A program made the position numbers and the translations under genes. A stretch of 64,000 bases of DNA from Camelus dromedarius (lineage: Eukaryota). The notes under the pieces were generated by a model. The model was not told where the DNA came from. It saw only the letters and a list, made by a program, of their open reading frames with translations, and searched no databases. Below, one piece after another: positions 11,761 through 25,879 of this stretch. The stretch is from contig NC_087436.1 of the NCBI RefSeq assembly GCF_036321535.1, positions 59,646,001 to 59,710,000 of the forward strand. The letters run 5' to 3'. The first letter of the stretch is position 1. The number at the start of each line of letters is the position of its first letter.

Positions 11761-12569
11761 GAATCAATCTGGAAAAATGGAGTTTGGTATAGTTAACTGA
11801 GTTCTGGGAGAGTTTTAATTGTGCTGACCAATACAACAACCAGAGAATCTTAATTCAACCTTGAAAATGGTTCCTATTAAAAAACAAACAAATCTGTCTC
11901 AAAAACAGAAACCTGCCTGCCTGCAATATTGAGATTGACATCTTTGAAAGCATGGGAAAAATTCCTCTAGTTTTTTTCTTGCTTGTTATTTTTATTTAGG
12001 AAGGTCAGATATAACACCCTGCCCACTTTATCATTATGGTTTAAAAATCAGATTCCTGTTTTGAAGAAAAGACTCACTTTTCTTCAAAGAGGGGATTGTG
12101 ACAATTTTGTTTCATGGTATTGATTTAATTTTAATGTGTATCAAAATCCTTAGAAAAAACTGAGAAGTGACACAAAAGGCAGTCATTCATTAACATCAAT
12201 ATGCTGACGACAGCATTCCAGAAAGATAAGCATAAGGGAGACCAAAAGAAGATCACTGAAGACTTGCTGAGACAGCACAGCATTACAGGTTGACAATCAG
12301 CTGGAAAACAATGGATGTCATGAATCAAACTTCATCTGACACACCGTATACACTGATCAAACTTTACTGGCAAACTCAAGAAATTTTGAAAGCCATAAAA
12401 TACATTATCCTTCAAATTTCCTTCAGCATACTCATAAGCACAAGTGAAAATAAAATAATCCCATACATGTTTATCTGAACAGCAAAATCTACTGAAACAG
12501 AATCTAAAGAGATTATGTGTGAATACTTAGTTGCTTTGAATGTCTGTTTATCCATGTACAGCTGGGCTT

Positions 12570-13485
12570 AATTGATTCCAACAAATATTTAATGAGTATC
12601 TATAATTTATTAATTCATCCATCAGTAATTATAGCATATTTAACTATGTAAATTAAACTATGAGTTCATTCTTCCTCTGTGATTAGAAATACAGCAATAT
12701 TTAATTTTAATACCTATTATATTATTTTGTGTATTTTAATTTACAAATTAAACTATTTCTATAAAATTTTTGGCTAATTGTTCACTCAACCATTTTAGAG
12801 CCCAGCTCCTGAGTAAGACACCACTCTGCTAGCTGTGCAGCTGGTGGAAGCAGTGCAGACTCTTGAGAGAGTGGTGTATATAGAGCACCGAACACAATGT
12901 ACTCGTTACTGGAAGAGTAGTAAAACAATGTTGTCCTGGCTTTTTCATTGCTTATAGTTCATAGGGAAGACAAGCTTCAATAAGGAAACATACCAATAGA
13001 TATGATGTTACAAATTTGGTAAGTGACAAAAGGGGACGCCCTGAGCTGTAAGGAGAGAGAATTACATGAATGATGTTCTTTATTTGTATGTGAAGATATA
13101 GTGGGCCTTCCTGAGAAAATGGTGCTTCAGGTTAAATCTTCAAGACAAGGACACATTCAGGCTGTAAGCAGGGGACTGTTTCAGAAAGAGATGGAAAAAG
13201 CTTAAGGAGTGTTTGTGGGTGGGGGAGAAGTACACACTTCTTTTTTGAAAAACAGAAAAATTACAGCGTAGCTAGAACTTAATGAGTAAGAGGCATGATT
13301 AACATCATCAGATGATTATAGGCTCTGTTAAGCATTGCCTTTTATGTTAAGTTCAGTGGGAGACAACTGAAATGTTTTAAGTATGATTCAATTCTATTTA
13401 GCCAACATCACTCTGGCTGCTATATAAAGAAAATGGAGATAGGGAAGTTATGAGAAGAGAATTTGGAAGAAAATACAGTAGTCCT
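12570..13485 (-). mobile_element. L2 LINE fragments
   Basis: attccaacaaatatttaatgagtatcta (reverse L2 3' end), followed by typical reverse-L2 purine-rich sequence (ggccttcctgagaaaatggtg..., aacatcactctggctgcta). Confidence 0.6.
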
Positions 13486-14739
13486 TTGATGAATTCCCAT
13501 TTTAGTTTAAGGCAGACCATATTATTTTTCTGACATTTACAATCAAAAGAAAAGGCCAAAACCAAAAGTCAAGAAAAGAGAAAACTAATCCCAAAGAAAT
13601 TAAGTATTTCCAAAAACTCAATAAATAGTGGTAAGATCTTAAGTAACAGTCTTAGGTCCAGTTTTATTTACTGTTTTAAATGTATATTTAAAGTTTTCAT
13701 TTAAATAAAATATTAGGAACTAAAAAATAAAATTAAATTTTAATAAAAGATACATAAACACATTCTGTGTTCATCTTTGTATTACTTACACGTTGGCTAC
13801 TATGCAAATCTATTTTATCTATTATCAATCATAGTGCCTATATATTTTGTACACATCTTTATTATATGTTTCAATGTCATATGTTAATAGCAACTATTTT
13901 TAAAACTAGACAGTATATTGTAGATGTAATGTTTTCAAATATCCCCACACAAAGCATATAGAAGTGCATAAAATTAAAGGTGAATATATTCTCCCTTCAC
14001 CCTGGTCCCACTTACAGACTTAAACAGTCTTAACTGTTTTTATTCATTCTTGCAGTTACAATAATTTAAAATATAATTTCCTCTATTTCTTGATTCATCA
14101 CATTTAGATATCATTGATAATTTCTCAATTTTTGTTCAGGTAAAAAATTAACATACTTTTATTATCCTACATTTTCTCCTTCACCTTTCAATTTTCATTG
14201 GTTATATAATTAAATTGTTTTTAATCAATTCTTCTAATAATCACTAATATTTAAGTATATATTTAAGCCTCTATCTCTTGGCATGTCAAATTTAGATAGT
14301 ACCTAGTAGTTCTGTATCATGAAAGATATCATGAAAGCATTAGTAAGCTTTTCTGTCCTTTGCCTCTCCTCATTCCATCTTCAACTTTTATTATTAATGC
14401 TTAAATTGTTAGATAAAATCATTGTCCCACAATTACAGTAAGTCATCCATACCTTCTATAAGTTTATTAAAAATATTAGAGTAAGTTTATAATTTTGATA
14501 TGTATTTACGGTTTAAATCAAGTTGTACAAATAGTCCCATGAAAAAGGTACTGAAATCCAGCTGATGAACAATTTTCTTAGCAAAAAGAAAAACCTAAGA
14601 TTCAAGGTCTAACAGAACTTCTTTTAATTTCATCCTTCATCCCTTATGTGTCAGTTTGTAAAGGGCATATATTATTGCATTTTGCTTACATTTCATTATT
14701 TGTTAAATCTTGAGGCTATTTAGACTAATTTTAGAACCA

Positions 14740-15045
14740 CACAGAACATTTTTGTGCATATTTCTATTTTTTATTTTGAATTATTTTTTAGGATAAACTG
14801 TGGAAATAGAATTAAATAATATGGGCATCTTTGTGGATTATGCTACATACTGCTCAATCGTGTTCAAAGGATTGTAACCAGTAAAAATAACACTATAAAG
14901 CAATAGATGCACTAGTTTTTTAGCTATGATCCCAGTATTGAATTTATATTTTAAAAAATACTGGCTAGATTAGTGAACATGTTATTTCAAGTTAATATTT
15001 GCTCATTAAGAATTAATGCTAGACATATATACCTATTAGCTGTAT
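14740..15045 (-). mobile_element. Old L1M (L1ME-like) fragment
   Basis: ttttaggataaactgtggaaatagaatt...catactgctcaatcgtgttcaaaggattgtaacc resembles reverse old-L1 ORF2 end / 3' UTR. Confidence 0.45.
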
Positions 15046-15179
15046 GTAACTGAAGTGGACTTGAATTAAAATTAATAAAAAACTATGACATAGCAAATCA
15101 AAATTATGAAAGATAATATCACACCTGACCTTTTCATTCCTTTTATTAGTAAAAATATATGCAACTTCTTTCTATGTCT

Positions 15180-15840
15180 CTTACGTCAAAATGCCTACTA
15201 GGCATATCTACTTAAATAGCCCAAATGCTTCACTATCTCATCATTCTAAACAAAACTTGTCATCTAATATTTTTCTTTCTCTTTGGACTCCCTGTACCAG
15301 AAAAAGGTATCATTATCAAAGAATCTCCAATTAAAACACTAAAGGTCATCCTAGATGCTTAGTTTCCCACAGTGGCCCATCCCAAGTCCAAGATATTCTC
15401 TTCCGAAATCACCTTCAAATGTGTCTATTCTTTTCCATTTTTTAACTGCCAGTGTTTACTCCAGACTTTCATGATTGTTCCTCCAACATCTTGCTCTTTT
15501 AGTAGTACACTCTCCTCTAGCTTTGTTTCACTTAATATATGCTCCATGTTGCAGCCAAATTATCTTTGTAAAATAAAATCAGATCACACCTCATTGGTTC
15601 TTACAAATTCAAGATAAGTTTAAAACTCCTTAGCATGATTCATTTGGTTCTTTATAATCTGGTCTCTGGCTCTCTGTCTGGTCTAACATTCTCTAGGACA
15701 CTATCTACTCCAGAAAAAAAAATTTACTTTCTATTTAAGGAATCTGATAAGCTCTTCAAGGTGTTTGTTTTTTTATTGTATTTCATCCGAAGTCTAAAGT
15801 ATGTTCACTTCATCTTTTTCTCCACTTGGCCAGGATTCTT
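15180..15840 (+). mobile_element. L2 LINE fragment
   Basis: tgcctactaggcatatctacttaaatag..., gtcatcctagatgct..., taaaatcagatcacacctc...aaactccttagcatg are L2-type motifs. Confidence 0.6.
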
Positions 15841-16515
15841 GTGATTTAAAATGTAAATTATTATACACATTTCACTTCTTTTTGAATTTATAAAGTGATA
15901 TTTAATCTCTAATTTCATTCCTGAAATTATAGTCCAAAATGTTTTACATATTTTTATTCTTTTTGGAAATGCTGAGCAAAGCAAACCTTTCAACTTCCAT
16001 TTATTCTTAGAAAGATCAAACTAGCTTAGGTCAGTCTAATGTTACCCATCTCTTGTAAAACAATTTAATACAGCATATAATTATCCAAAAATGATTCAGG
16101 TGCCTCTAAATGTCATTGTTTTATATGACAAGATCTACTGAGTTTATTATGAAATATCATACACTTTCTTTGTGTTCTAATGCAATGGAAAGAATACAGC
16201 CAGAATATTTAAGTAGTAACAATTCACTAAAGAAATTTATGAACAATTTCAGTGTTATTTCATTTTCAGTTCTCTTTCAAATATTCACAACTGCACTACT
16301 GTATGTATGCTCCATTTTTAGTAACACACCTAAATCAACATAGGAATAAAGTATACATAGAGAGATTATATACTTTATTCCAAGTATATATATACAACTC
16401 TGGAGTTTTTAAATTAACCTTTTTAAATCTAAATTCCTTCGTCTATGAATTTTAATCCAACCTCACAGTTTTCAGCATAATTTTAATGAAATCACAAGCC
16501 AATGTCTATCCAATC

Positions 16516-16859
16516 TGTCTTGGTCTGTTGGGGCTGTTTTAACAAGATATCATAGACTGTGTGGCTTACAAACAGTAGCAGTTTATTTCTCACAGTTCTG
16601 GAAGCTGGAAAGTCTAAGATCAGTGTCTGAGGATGGCCTGCTTCCTCACAGATGGCACTTTCTCCCTGTGTCCTCCCATGGTGTAAAGGTTGGGAGATCT
16701 CTGTACTGTCTCTTTTACAAGGGCACTAGTCCTATTCGTGAGGGCTTTGCCCTCATGACCTCATCACTTCCCGAAGGCCCCAGCTCCTAATACTATCACC
16801 TGGGGGGTTAGAATTCAATATATGAATTTGGGGAGGACACAAACGTTCAGACCATAGTA
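16516..16859 (-). mobile_element. MaLR solo LTR (MLT1A-like)
   Basis: tgtcttggtctgttggggctg...tttatttctcacagttctggaagctggaaagtctaagatc...gaatttggggaggacacaaacgttcagaccatagta; TSD caatc/gaatc. Confidence 0.88.
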
Positions 16860-17004
16860 GAATCCCAAGCACCACCGACTCTAATTACTCATGGTAAAAA
16901 GCTGAGCACATGTCCAATACAAGGAAAATATTTAATGATTAAATACTAGATATAATCATCATTACAACTTGTAAATATAATGGTACCACTGCTACTTGAT
17001 AATA

Positions 17005-17150
17005 CAGGAGGAAGAAAGAAAAAGTGTGAGGAAAAAGAAGGAAACAGATGGTGGAAGAAATGGCCAAAACAAAAAGGAAAGGCAAGTTGAGAAGGAAGAG
17101 GAGAAAGAAAAAGAAAAACAGGAGGTGGGGTGGAAAAAGGAGACAGAATT
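17005..17150. repeat. Purine-rich (GA) low-complexity tract
   Basis: Direct observation; it explains the overlapping spurious ORFs at 16946-17360. Confidence 0.7.
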
Positions 17151-18559
17151 GGAGCTAGTGGACAGTACAGACAGTCTTTCTTGGAACAAAGCAAGTTGCT
17201 TTCTTGGAGGAGGGTAGTTTTGGGGTATCAGTGAAATAAACTGGAACTTAACAAGTAATAGTTGTCTTATAGAATTTGCTTTCTTGGCACTTCTAACAGA
17301 TGGCCACACAATCATATAGATGCTTTTGTGTAAGAACATGCATAGAAACAAACATACCACTTTTTTCCTTTGATTGGTATGTTGCTTTAGATCAAAAAAG
17401 ATAATAAAGCAGTTTAATCCACTAAAATAATGTGTGGATTATTTAGGCCGTAACAGAGGCAATATTTAGAAACATTCAATTGTATTCACAAAAGAACAAC
17501 ATTTTGGATGAGATTTCAGTAGTCTCACTATATGTTACCTATTCTAAGTTTTATATGTGTGAGTTATCAATTCATTTAAAAATGGCATATAAATAGAAAA
17601 TTTCACAAAGATTTATTAGCTGATGCTTGACATTTTCACACTTCATTTAAGTGTCTTTCAAAGGAATATTTTTAAGGTCAGATTTTAGAATATCTTCATT
17701 ATAAATGGGGATCTCATTGTTAAATAAATTTAAGTTTCCAACTCTATAATATTGTCTAGCTATGAGGTTTGTGTGCAGAATCATAAGTTAACAAAATTTT
17801 AAAAATATGTGAACAATTTAAAAGAGGAAAGTGAATTATAGGAGAAATTGTAAACCACTGAATAGAAACACTTCACTTAAATAATGCATATTGAACATAG
17901 ATGAATTCACCACCCCGACACAAAATTCATATGTTCAACAAGATGTCCAACTTACACAAGTTGCTAGTTGCAGAGAAAAGCTAGTGACAAGAATGGAAGG
18001 GCAATTTAAATTCTTTTTGTCTCTCTTCACCCCACCTCATCCACTCCTTCCCTTTGGACAATCACTGTCTCTCACCTTTCCTCAAATCACTCTGGGCAAC
18101 TACGTGGGCAAGAATCTTACTGGATGAGGTGAAAGTAAGCAGCATTAAGTCCTTTACTTCTCCCAATCCAACCCCCTGGATTTGTGGAGAACAATCTTAT
18201 AAAACTGGCTTTCCCATAACTCCTTAAGGATTTGGGGGTGAAATCCTGAAAGAATTGCTTCTTCCTGGATTGTTGCAACATAAAGTGGTAACTTTGGTTG
18301 GAATGCCCCACGCCCTACCTCTTCACACATACACATCTTGAACCAGCCTAGACTGGCGAAGGTTACAGTATGGCCTATGGTCTTTCTCCAAGATCAATGA
18401 ACCAATATTCCATAGGTAATATGAGCTCCCAGGACAAATAAACTTGACTCCTGAGGTTGCCCATACCTCACAGATAAACAATGAACTGGACAAAATAAAT
18501 GTTTCTGAAGCACAGTATTAATATAGATAATTAAATAATTTTAAGTAAATATACTATAA

Positions 18560-19355
18560 TACATGGAAGGAAGGACAGAAGGAAGGAAATGAAAGAAGAG
18601 AAAGTTTATGTTACCAAAAATAATATTCCAGGTATTAGTATACAGTGGTAAGTAAGGAGAACAAAAGACATGGGGTGTATAATGTGCTTCTTTTGTAAGA
18701 TGGAAGATACAGTCATTAACACATTTAAGAAATAATTATTCCATATATGTTTCTTAAGAAAAATAAATTGGCCTATATAATTTTTAAATAACATAAAAGA
18801 ATTTTACAGAATTTCCTTTAAAAGAGTACAAAAAGTACAAGAAAGGAGAAACAAGATAAATGATGGCAAAATTAAATCTTAAAAAGAAATTAAAACAAAT
18901 GAAAATGTATTGAACTAACCACATAAAAGACAAAGGCCCATAAGCTGAATAAAAATTAGATCCAACAATATGTTGTATGCAAAAACAAAAATGACATATT
19001 GAAATAAAAGAATTAAAAACACTAAATTGGGAGTTTGAGATTTGCAAATACTAACTACTATATATAAAATAGATAAAGAACAAGTTTATACTGTATAGCA
19101 CAGGGAACTATATTTAAAAATGAAAAGAATATGAAAGTGAATATAATAAAAAAGAATATGAAAACAAATATATGTATGTATATGTAAGACTGAAACATTA
19201 TGCTGTACACCAGAAATTGACATGACATTGTAAGCTGACTGTATTTCAATTAAAAATGCAAATCAAAAAAAAAAAAAGCCAGTCACAAAGTCAAAAAAAT
19301 TGAAAACATAGCTGATAAATACAAACCAAGAGAAGTTGGAGTAACAATTTCTGAG
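18560..19355 (+). mobile_element. Old L1M fragment near the ORF2 endonuclease start, interrupted by a young L1 3' end
   Basis: gatccaacaatatgttgtatgcaaaaac resembles the DPTICCLQET coding region; after the insert, aaatacaaaccaagagaagttggagtaacaatttctga resembles NTNQKKAGVAILIS. Confidence 0.5.
19023..19277 (+). mobile_element. Young 5'-truncated L1 3' UTR with poly-A (camelid-type)
   Basis: taaattgggagtttgagatttgcaaatac...gcacagggaactatat...tgctgtacaccagaaattgac...caattaaaaatgcaaatcaaaaaaaa. Confidence 0.85.
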
Positions 19356-20989
19356 GAGCAAGTAAACAAAAGTCCTCCTTTGGGATAGTTTGCAACTTTA
19401 CATAACTTTACAAGCGATTTATACACATAGTCCTGATTCTGTCAAAGTAGGAGACTAAAAGAGAAAAAGGGAAAAACAAGAAATAATATGAGGAGGTGGC
19501 TAGTAAAGATAAATTTATAATTAAAATTCTGCTTCCAGTAAAAATATAACAGGACAACCATACTTTCTTAGCCTAATTACAAAGGAAACTACCCTGTATG
19601 TAAGCTCTCATCTTTAGATTCTAAGAAGACAGTAATGAAATATCTTTTCAGATGGTTTTATTTAAAATCTAAGAGAACATATTTAATAAGATAAAACCAA
19701 CAAGTAAGTTTTCATTTGTTTATTAGGTGATACACATTTCTCAAGCAGGCTACTTGCAATCAAATGAAGAAGGCAGAGAAGATAGTCTGTCATTACAAGA
19801 ATGAAGTCTGTGTAGCAGTGTAGTACAGATTGTGGTGATACTCCATCTCCAGATAGCATTTAAGTACTTCAAAGATCTGTCACAATTATATATGCCAAAC
19901 TGTGAAATTTTAGAGCAGTATTTCAAGTTATTGATCAGCAAAATAAGAGGGAACATGCTATTAACATTAAACTATATATTTTTTCAGACAAAACCTCGCT
20001 CTCAGGTTGAATCCAAGGGAAATGATTGTCAAATAGGGAAAATAAATGCCAAATACCAATTGTGATAATTTTTCTTCTTATTTTACTTGCTAGTTGTGAG
20101 ACAAAAGTATTTTGATACATTACCATACAGCAGAGGTCCTTCCCCTCAGAAATATTTTTAATCTTTAAAAGATTTTGTATTATTATCTGATTAAAACCAC
20201 AATTAGTCTTTATCAAAGGCAATTTCTTTTATCATTAAATAACACGTACTTCCACACTAGTATTTTTAAAGCTTTCTAAGTAACTTTGAAAAATTATACA
20301 TGTATTTATTACCAGTACCATGTAAGCAGTATTTTTTAAAGTTTTATTTTGATTTTAAAAGTAAAACTATGACACAAAGTAGAACCCATCTTTTAGTTTA
20401 CTGACATTAGAATTACATGCATATATATGTTTGATTAGTCATTTAACATCTTTTCATCTAAAGTAGGCCTAAATCTCGGTATACTATGTTAATTCTATAT
20501 TTTAATTCCACATGTGAGAGTGTCCAATTCACTGAGATTTTACTTATTTTAGTTTGATTTTTTTATTTGCTTTTGTTTTTTTCCATTTTACTCTCAAAAG
20601 AGATTACATTTTTTGCTAGGCTTTTAAGTTTACTTGGGAAATATCTGATTTATATGAAATCATGCTAGTGGTTCACAGATAACAATGATACCCCCAAATT
20701 TTCATATAGTCATTGATAAAAATAAAAACATGTATAGTAGTTTATTTTGTAAAGTAACTACATTATCATGTTATTATATTTGTATTTATAGTAACATTAT
20801 ACTAATTTGTTTCCTGCACCAATATTGGTGCAGTAGTTCTTGCAATGTATTTCTGAGATCACACGCACTATCCAACGCCAGCCATTAGACAAAGTTCATT
20901 TAAACCAATGTCAAACCAAAACAAAATGAATCAGAATATTATAGTTTGGAATGTTATATGTCAATTATATATTAATTTTTTAAAAAGAT

Positions 20990-21445
20990 TATTGTTGCTT
21001 GTGATATCCAGAAATTGACTCGAGAATTCCTCTGAAATTGATTTATTAGGCAATGCTCCCAGGAAACATAGGAGAGGGAGGAAATTGGAAAAGGAAGGGA
21101 AGAAGTACATCCAAAAGTACAGCTTCCAGGTCTCAGAGGGTTGTTTTGGCTTCATCTCAAAAGAAAATGCTGCAGAGAGGGGAAGTCTCATCATGATACT
21201 GTCCCCATCCAAGGGCAAAGGAGTAGTTAGTGATATGGAGCTGGGGTGTAGACATAGGTCAGTCATTGGTTAAGGGAGGTTTGCCCTGCAAGTAAAGCAG
21301 GCCTGAACCTAAGGACAGCTCACAAAGACAGTTGAGGCTGCTGGGAGCAAACATTCATCTGGAGCTCGTGCAGCGTGCGTATATGTGCACATGTAGTAAA
21401 GAAATCTCAGGGGACATGGGCAGAGCACTGGCAGCACTTGCTACA
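20990..21445 (-). mobile_element. ERVL solo LTR (LTR16/LTR33-like)
   Basis: Ends in gcagcacttgctaca (minus strand tgtagc...) and contains gtcagtcattggtt and gatttattaggcaatgctcccaggaaaca (reverse poly-A signal region), as in this LTR group. Confidence 0.7.
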
Positions 21446-21469
21446 GTTTACCTAAGAAAGCCTTTAGTC

Positions 21470-21600
21470 TAATTCTTGAAGATATGTGGCATCTGAAGCT
21501 CAGAAAGGTGAAATATATTTCCCAGAGTCACAAATCTATTAAGTGGCAAACAGAAAACCAGAATCTAGGTCTCCACTAGTCCACATCAGATCGCTTTCAA
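21470..21600 (-). mobile_element. MIR SINE
   Basis: ctgaagctcagaaaggtgaaatatatttcccagagtcacaaatctattaagtggcaaa. Confidence 0.7.
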
Positions 21601-23839
21601 TGACAACGCTTTATATTAATGACCTAGATTTATTTATTTTTTATAAGCACTATTTTTGTGGATTATTTAAACAGTATTTCTCCACAGACTACTTGCAGGC
21701 AATCTACTCTTTTGTTTTTTAGTTCTAAAAGATTTAAGAGTTTGGCATTGAGCAAAATGGAAATTATTACAGTGGGTTTCTTCATATTGCAATATTTACT
21801 CTTGTGCATCATTAATAAATTTAAGTTGTTTACATGCCCATTTTTGAGCTAATGTACTTTTGTATTTTATGCTATCTACAGCCTGAACTAGTCATTTCAA
21901 ATAAGGAAAAGCTAATTTTGAGGGACGTTTTTTCAGTAAGATTCCAAAAATTATATTTGCACAAATATGTACAAGTGTATCTTATTAAAATGTGTGACAC
22001 TGCTATTTAACACTAATAACAATTTGAGTTTTTGAAATATTTCTATTATTTCATGCATAAAATTACTAATCAAATGAAAATGAAAACATATGAATTTTGA
22101 TAACTATTTATTGGTCCTGAAAAGGAGGATTAAACAACTGCACAAAATAAATTTATAAATATTTAGCAAAGCTACAGTAGAGATACTATTCTGAGTAGAA
22201 AACTGAGAACATCTGTTCCAAGACACTTTCATCTCAAAGTCATATTTTTTTCCACTTGGGTTTCTTAAGCTCATTTTCAAAGAACTTAACTCAATTTTGA
22301 ATGAAAAGATATAAAAATGCTAAAGCATTCCTCAAAGTTACAAATGATTCTTTTTCCAATTTAATCAGTTAAAGTATAAACCTCAAATGTTTTGTTTTAC
22401 TCATTTAAAAATAGTGCCAAATCCTGATTTTTGTGGTAAGCAACAGAGACCAAATGGTAAAATATAAAACAATGCTCTGTGCCAAAGTGAAGTTTCTATT
22501 ACATTTTCAAAAAATAGAAAGATAAGATAGCTGCTCTGAATTTTTTATTGCTTACTTATTATTCTTTCTACTCTTGCCCTTTCAAAGTATAGCTAAATCA
22601 AGGGCACTTAATACAAAAGTATAAAGGGTAGAATAAGCCAGTAATAAAGTAAGTGATGAATTAGGGATGTAAAATTGTTTTCCTCTTTAATTTTTAAATA
22701 TTTCACATGTAATGTATAGGTAGTGGCTTTTCATTGCTATTACAACTTAACTTTTTGAATTCAAATGTAATTCAGTAATTGCTTAATACACAGTTGGATT
22801 AAATTCTTTTCAAGACAACGACAAAGAAAATTGTAAATAAGGATGGTTGTATATTTAGTATCATCAATATAATTATGTATCCTCCAGGGCCTGGAACTAT
22901 ATGACCTCAATTTACTCTTATTTAATTTGCCTTCACATTTGGTTTTTTATGTTGGCTCTTTCTAATTTATTCTCCACTACCTACACTGTATTTCTGCTTT
23001 CTCATCATTGTAAAATCCCCATGTCCGTTGAAGGGCTGTGTTAGTCTCTGTCCTTGTTGATCCCTAACTGGTATGCCTTTTTTCTTCCCTCTCCCAAATT
23101 AAATTTGATACCTCTTTTGGATATTCTAAAAATTTGGAATGTTCTAAGAGGTTCCTGAATGTGTAAATGTATACTTTTTCAGAATAGAGAGAAATGGTGT
23201 AAGAATGAACTTTAAACTGGCTTAATCTCTGCAACAAAACACCCAAGAAGTTAACCTTCAATTTACCCAGTTACAACAATGCACTGGAGTCATTTTGCTC
23301 AGCTTTGTGCACAGTCTCCTTCCCTCTGCTGCTCGTTTGTCAGTCTCTGTCCCTCCATCTCCCTCTGTCTGTCTCTCCATGCCTTTCCTAAGAATGATAA
23401 AGACACATTTCTGTTCCTTGCAGAATCATCATTCAATGCTGGCAGTATTCTCAACCACTTAGTGGCTTGTATCTGGGAAGTCCTACCACCATCTGGGAGC
23501 ATTTTGTATCCTGTACTGTGCAACCATTTCTATAAGTTTTATATCCTACACCATTTAGGGATATTTATATCTGTATGTATTTAACTTCTTTTTTTAACCT
23601 CCTTATTTAAATGTTTTCATTTGGTAAGTCTATTGATCTCACTTCTTCTGAGTAGTTTCAATGTGGGTGATACTTGTTGGATAACTAAAACCAGGAGCAG
23701 TAGTTGAGCTAGAGAATACTCAGAAATTTCTGACCCTACAAGTCAATGAATTCAGAATAGCCTTCATTTTCTCTCAACTCAGTAGACATAGTAGTTTTAA
23801 GGACTACTGTTTATAATGGTAGCTTCACTACAAATAAGA

Positions 23840-24020
23840 ATGAGAGCTCTGTAGCACCATTCTTTGTCAGGTGACTTTGGGGAAATTTATAAACTTTTTG
23901 CATCTCAACTTTTTTATCAGTAAAATGAGGATAATCATAAATTACAGCATAGAGTTGTTCTGAGGTTAAATGAGAAGAAAATCTAGTACATAACTTCCCA
24001 ATGTTATTATCATTCTTATC
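23840..24020 (+). mobile_element. MIR SINE
   Basis: gtgactttggggaaattt...catctcaacttttttatcagtaaaatgaggataat...agagttgttctgaggttaaatgag. Confidence 0.7.
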
Positions 24021-25879
24021 AGTAATTAATAGTTATTACTAACCTCACAGATAACAGTTTAGAGATAAAGATCTTGCAAATTAACAACAGGCAACTGTCT
24101 TTCACCGTTGCATAAATATATAAAATTCTGCTAAACAAAAATGTCTTCCCCACCGATGTTTAAAATTTTTCACTAAAACTGACAGGCATTTCTGGGTTGA
24201 GAGGAGGTAGCTGCCTCAGACTGGTCATTACTGAATTTGAGAACATGAGATGAATTTCCTCCACAGCAAGTCAGACTGAGCCTGAATCAGAAAACATATG
24301 CTTGAAAGATGGAGTTAAAAGAGACTGAAAGCAGGAAGAGATAAGAGGATTACAAGGAGCCCACATCTCTAAGTGGGGAGGTACCATGAGTTATTTTTGC
24401 CTAGGTCAGAATTCTGCCAAGGAAAGCTCCAGTTTACAATCTCAAAAGATGAAGGGAATGCATACCCTTGAAATTTGAATCCCAGTGATGCTGTAACAGC
24501 AGCCAGGACTTTCAAGCCTGACGGACTAGTAAAACTGTCGAGCTCACATCTGAGCTTAATGCATAGAGGCAAAAGGCATTGGAAAACAGCAATGGAGAGC
24601 AGCTGTTAGAGGGTCAGGGAGTTCAAAGCAGCTTGTCCAAGATGAACTAATACCAAGACACAGAGGTGTAGGATTCAGTGACAGGACTGAGAAAAGAAAA
24701 CTAGTATAATGATGTGGGAAAGACACTGCAGATGAAAAGAATATGGAACAAGGGATTTGTGGTAACAGGATTAGTAATAATGGCAGCTGAATTCTCTCTC
24801 CTTTGGCAGATTTGTCCTGACACTTGATAATGTGATTTAAGCATTCGATAAATTTGGCATTTCACAAGGAGACTTTCCCTTATTCAGGAGGTGGTTGTAA
24901 AGCCATCTTTATCCATTGAGCATAATTTTTCTCAAGTACTATCTCCTATCACTGTCATCTTTTCCTCAACTCCATTACTGTTCTAACACACACTTAACAG
25001 TGCCCTGAGTGCTAAGAATGCTTCTCAGGAAAATTATTTAATATTTTCTAAGGAATGAAAAACCATCTCCAAATGCAAGATGAATCTGGCAAAAAATAGA
25101 AGGTACTTCCAGTGAAATGGTTCCAAATCCTAAAAGAATTCCTGATTCACAAAAATCACAATAGTTGCTTTATACAGGACAGGACAAAGGCAATTATATT
25201 CTATCTGAAATATTAATTCTTGAAGTCATTAAGAAATTCTATATATAAATTAATAAATTGATTTATTAATAATTATAAATAAGTTCTCCCTGACCATCCT
25301 GTGACACTTCTGTAACTTCCACTATATTATCTTTTCAACAGCCCTCAATACTCATATAAAATTGTATGCTAGCGAACACATTTTCCTTCCTATTCTTTCA
25401 GCAGATAATCTCTTTCCAGTTTGTTGTGGTAATGGCTCTATATTAGGGAGAGTACTGCAAGCATGTGATGATGCTTTAAAATACAAATACACAGCAGTCT
25501 GTGCAAGTCTCACGGTCACTCACTTCCTCTGGGAAAAAGATTATGTGACTGCCTATAATTTCTCAAATGATGTCATTTAAGAAGTATAACATTTTCCCTT
25601 TAGTTCTTTATTGCAATGCAGAACTAGATAAAATGAGTTTATGCTTTTAGCACACTAAGGCATACATTAAAAATATGAAAGTTCTGGCTTTATTGTAATG
25701 GAATTTGAAGGACACACATACAGAATGATATGAATTTCCTCATTTCTGACTTCACACCTATGGTGTTGAAACATTCTCTAATCTCAAGCTATAGCTCAAA
25801 AAAGGCCCGTCTCTATCAGCCTTATTCTTTAATATGTAAAATGCTGAAACCTCTATCTTAAAAAAAACAAAACAAAACA

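Noticed and set aside
16946..17360. Three overlapping ORFs (E/K-rich or F/S-rich)
   Set aside because: They result from a purine-rich low-complexity tract lacking stop codons.
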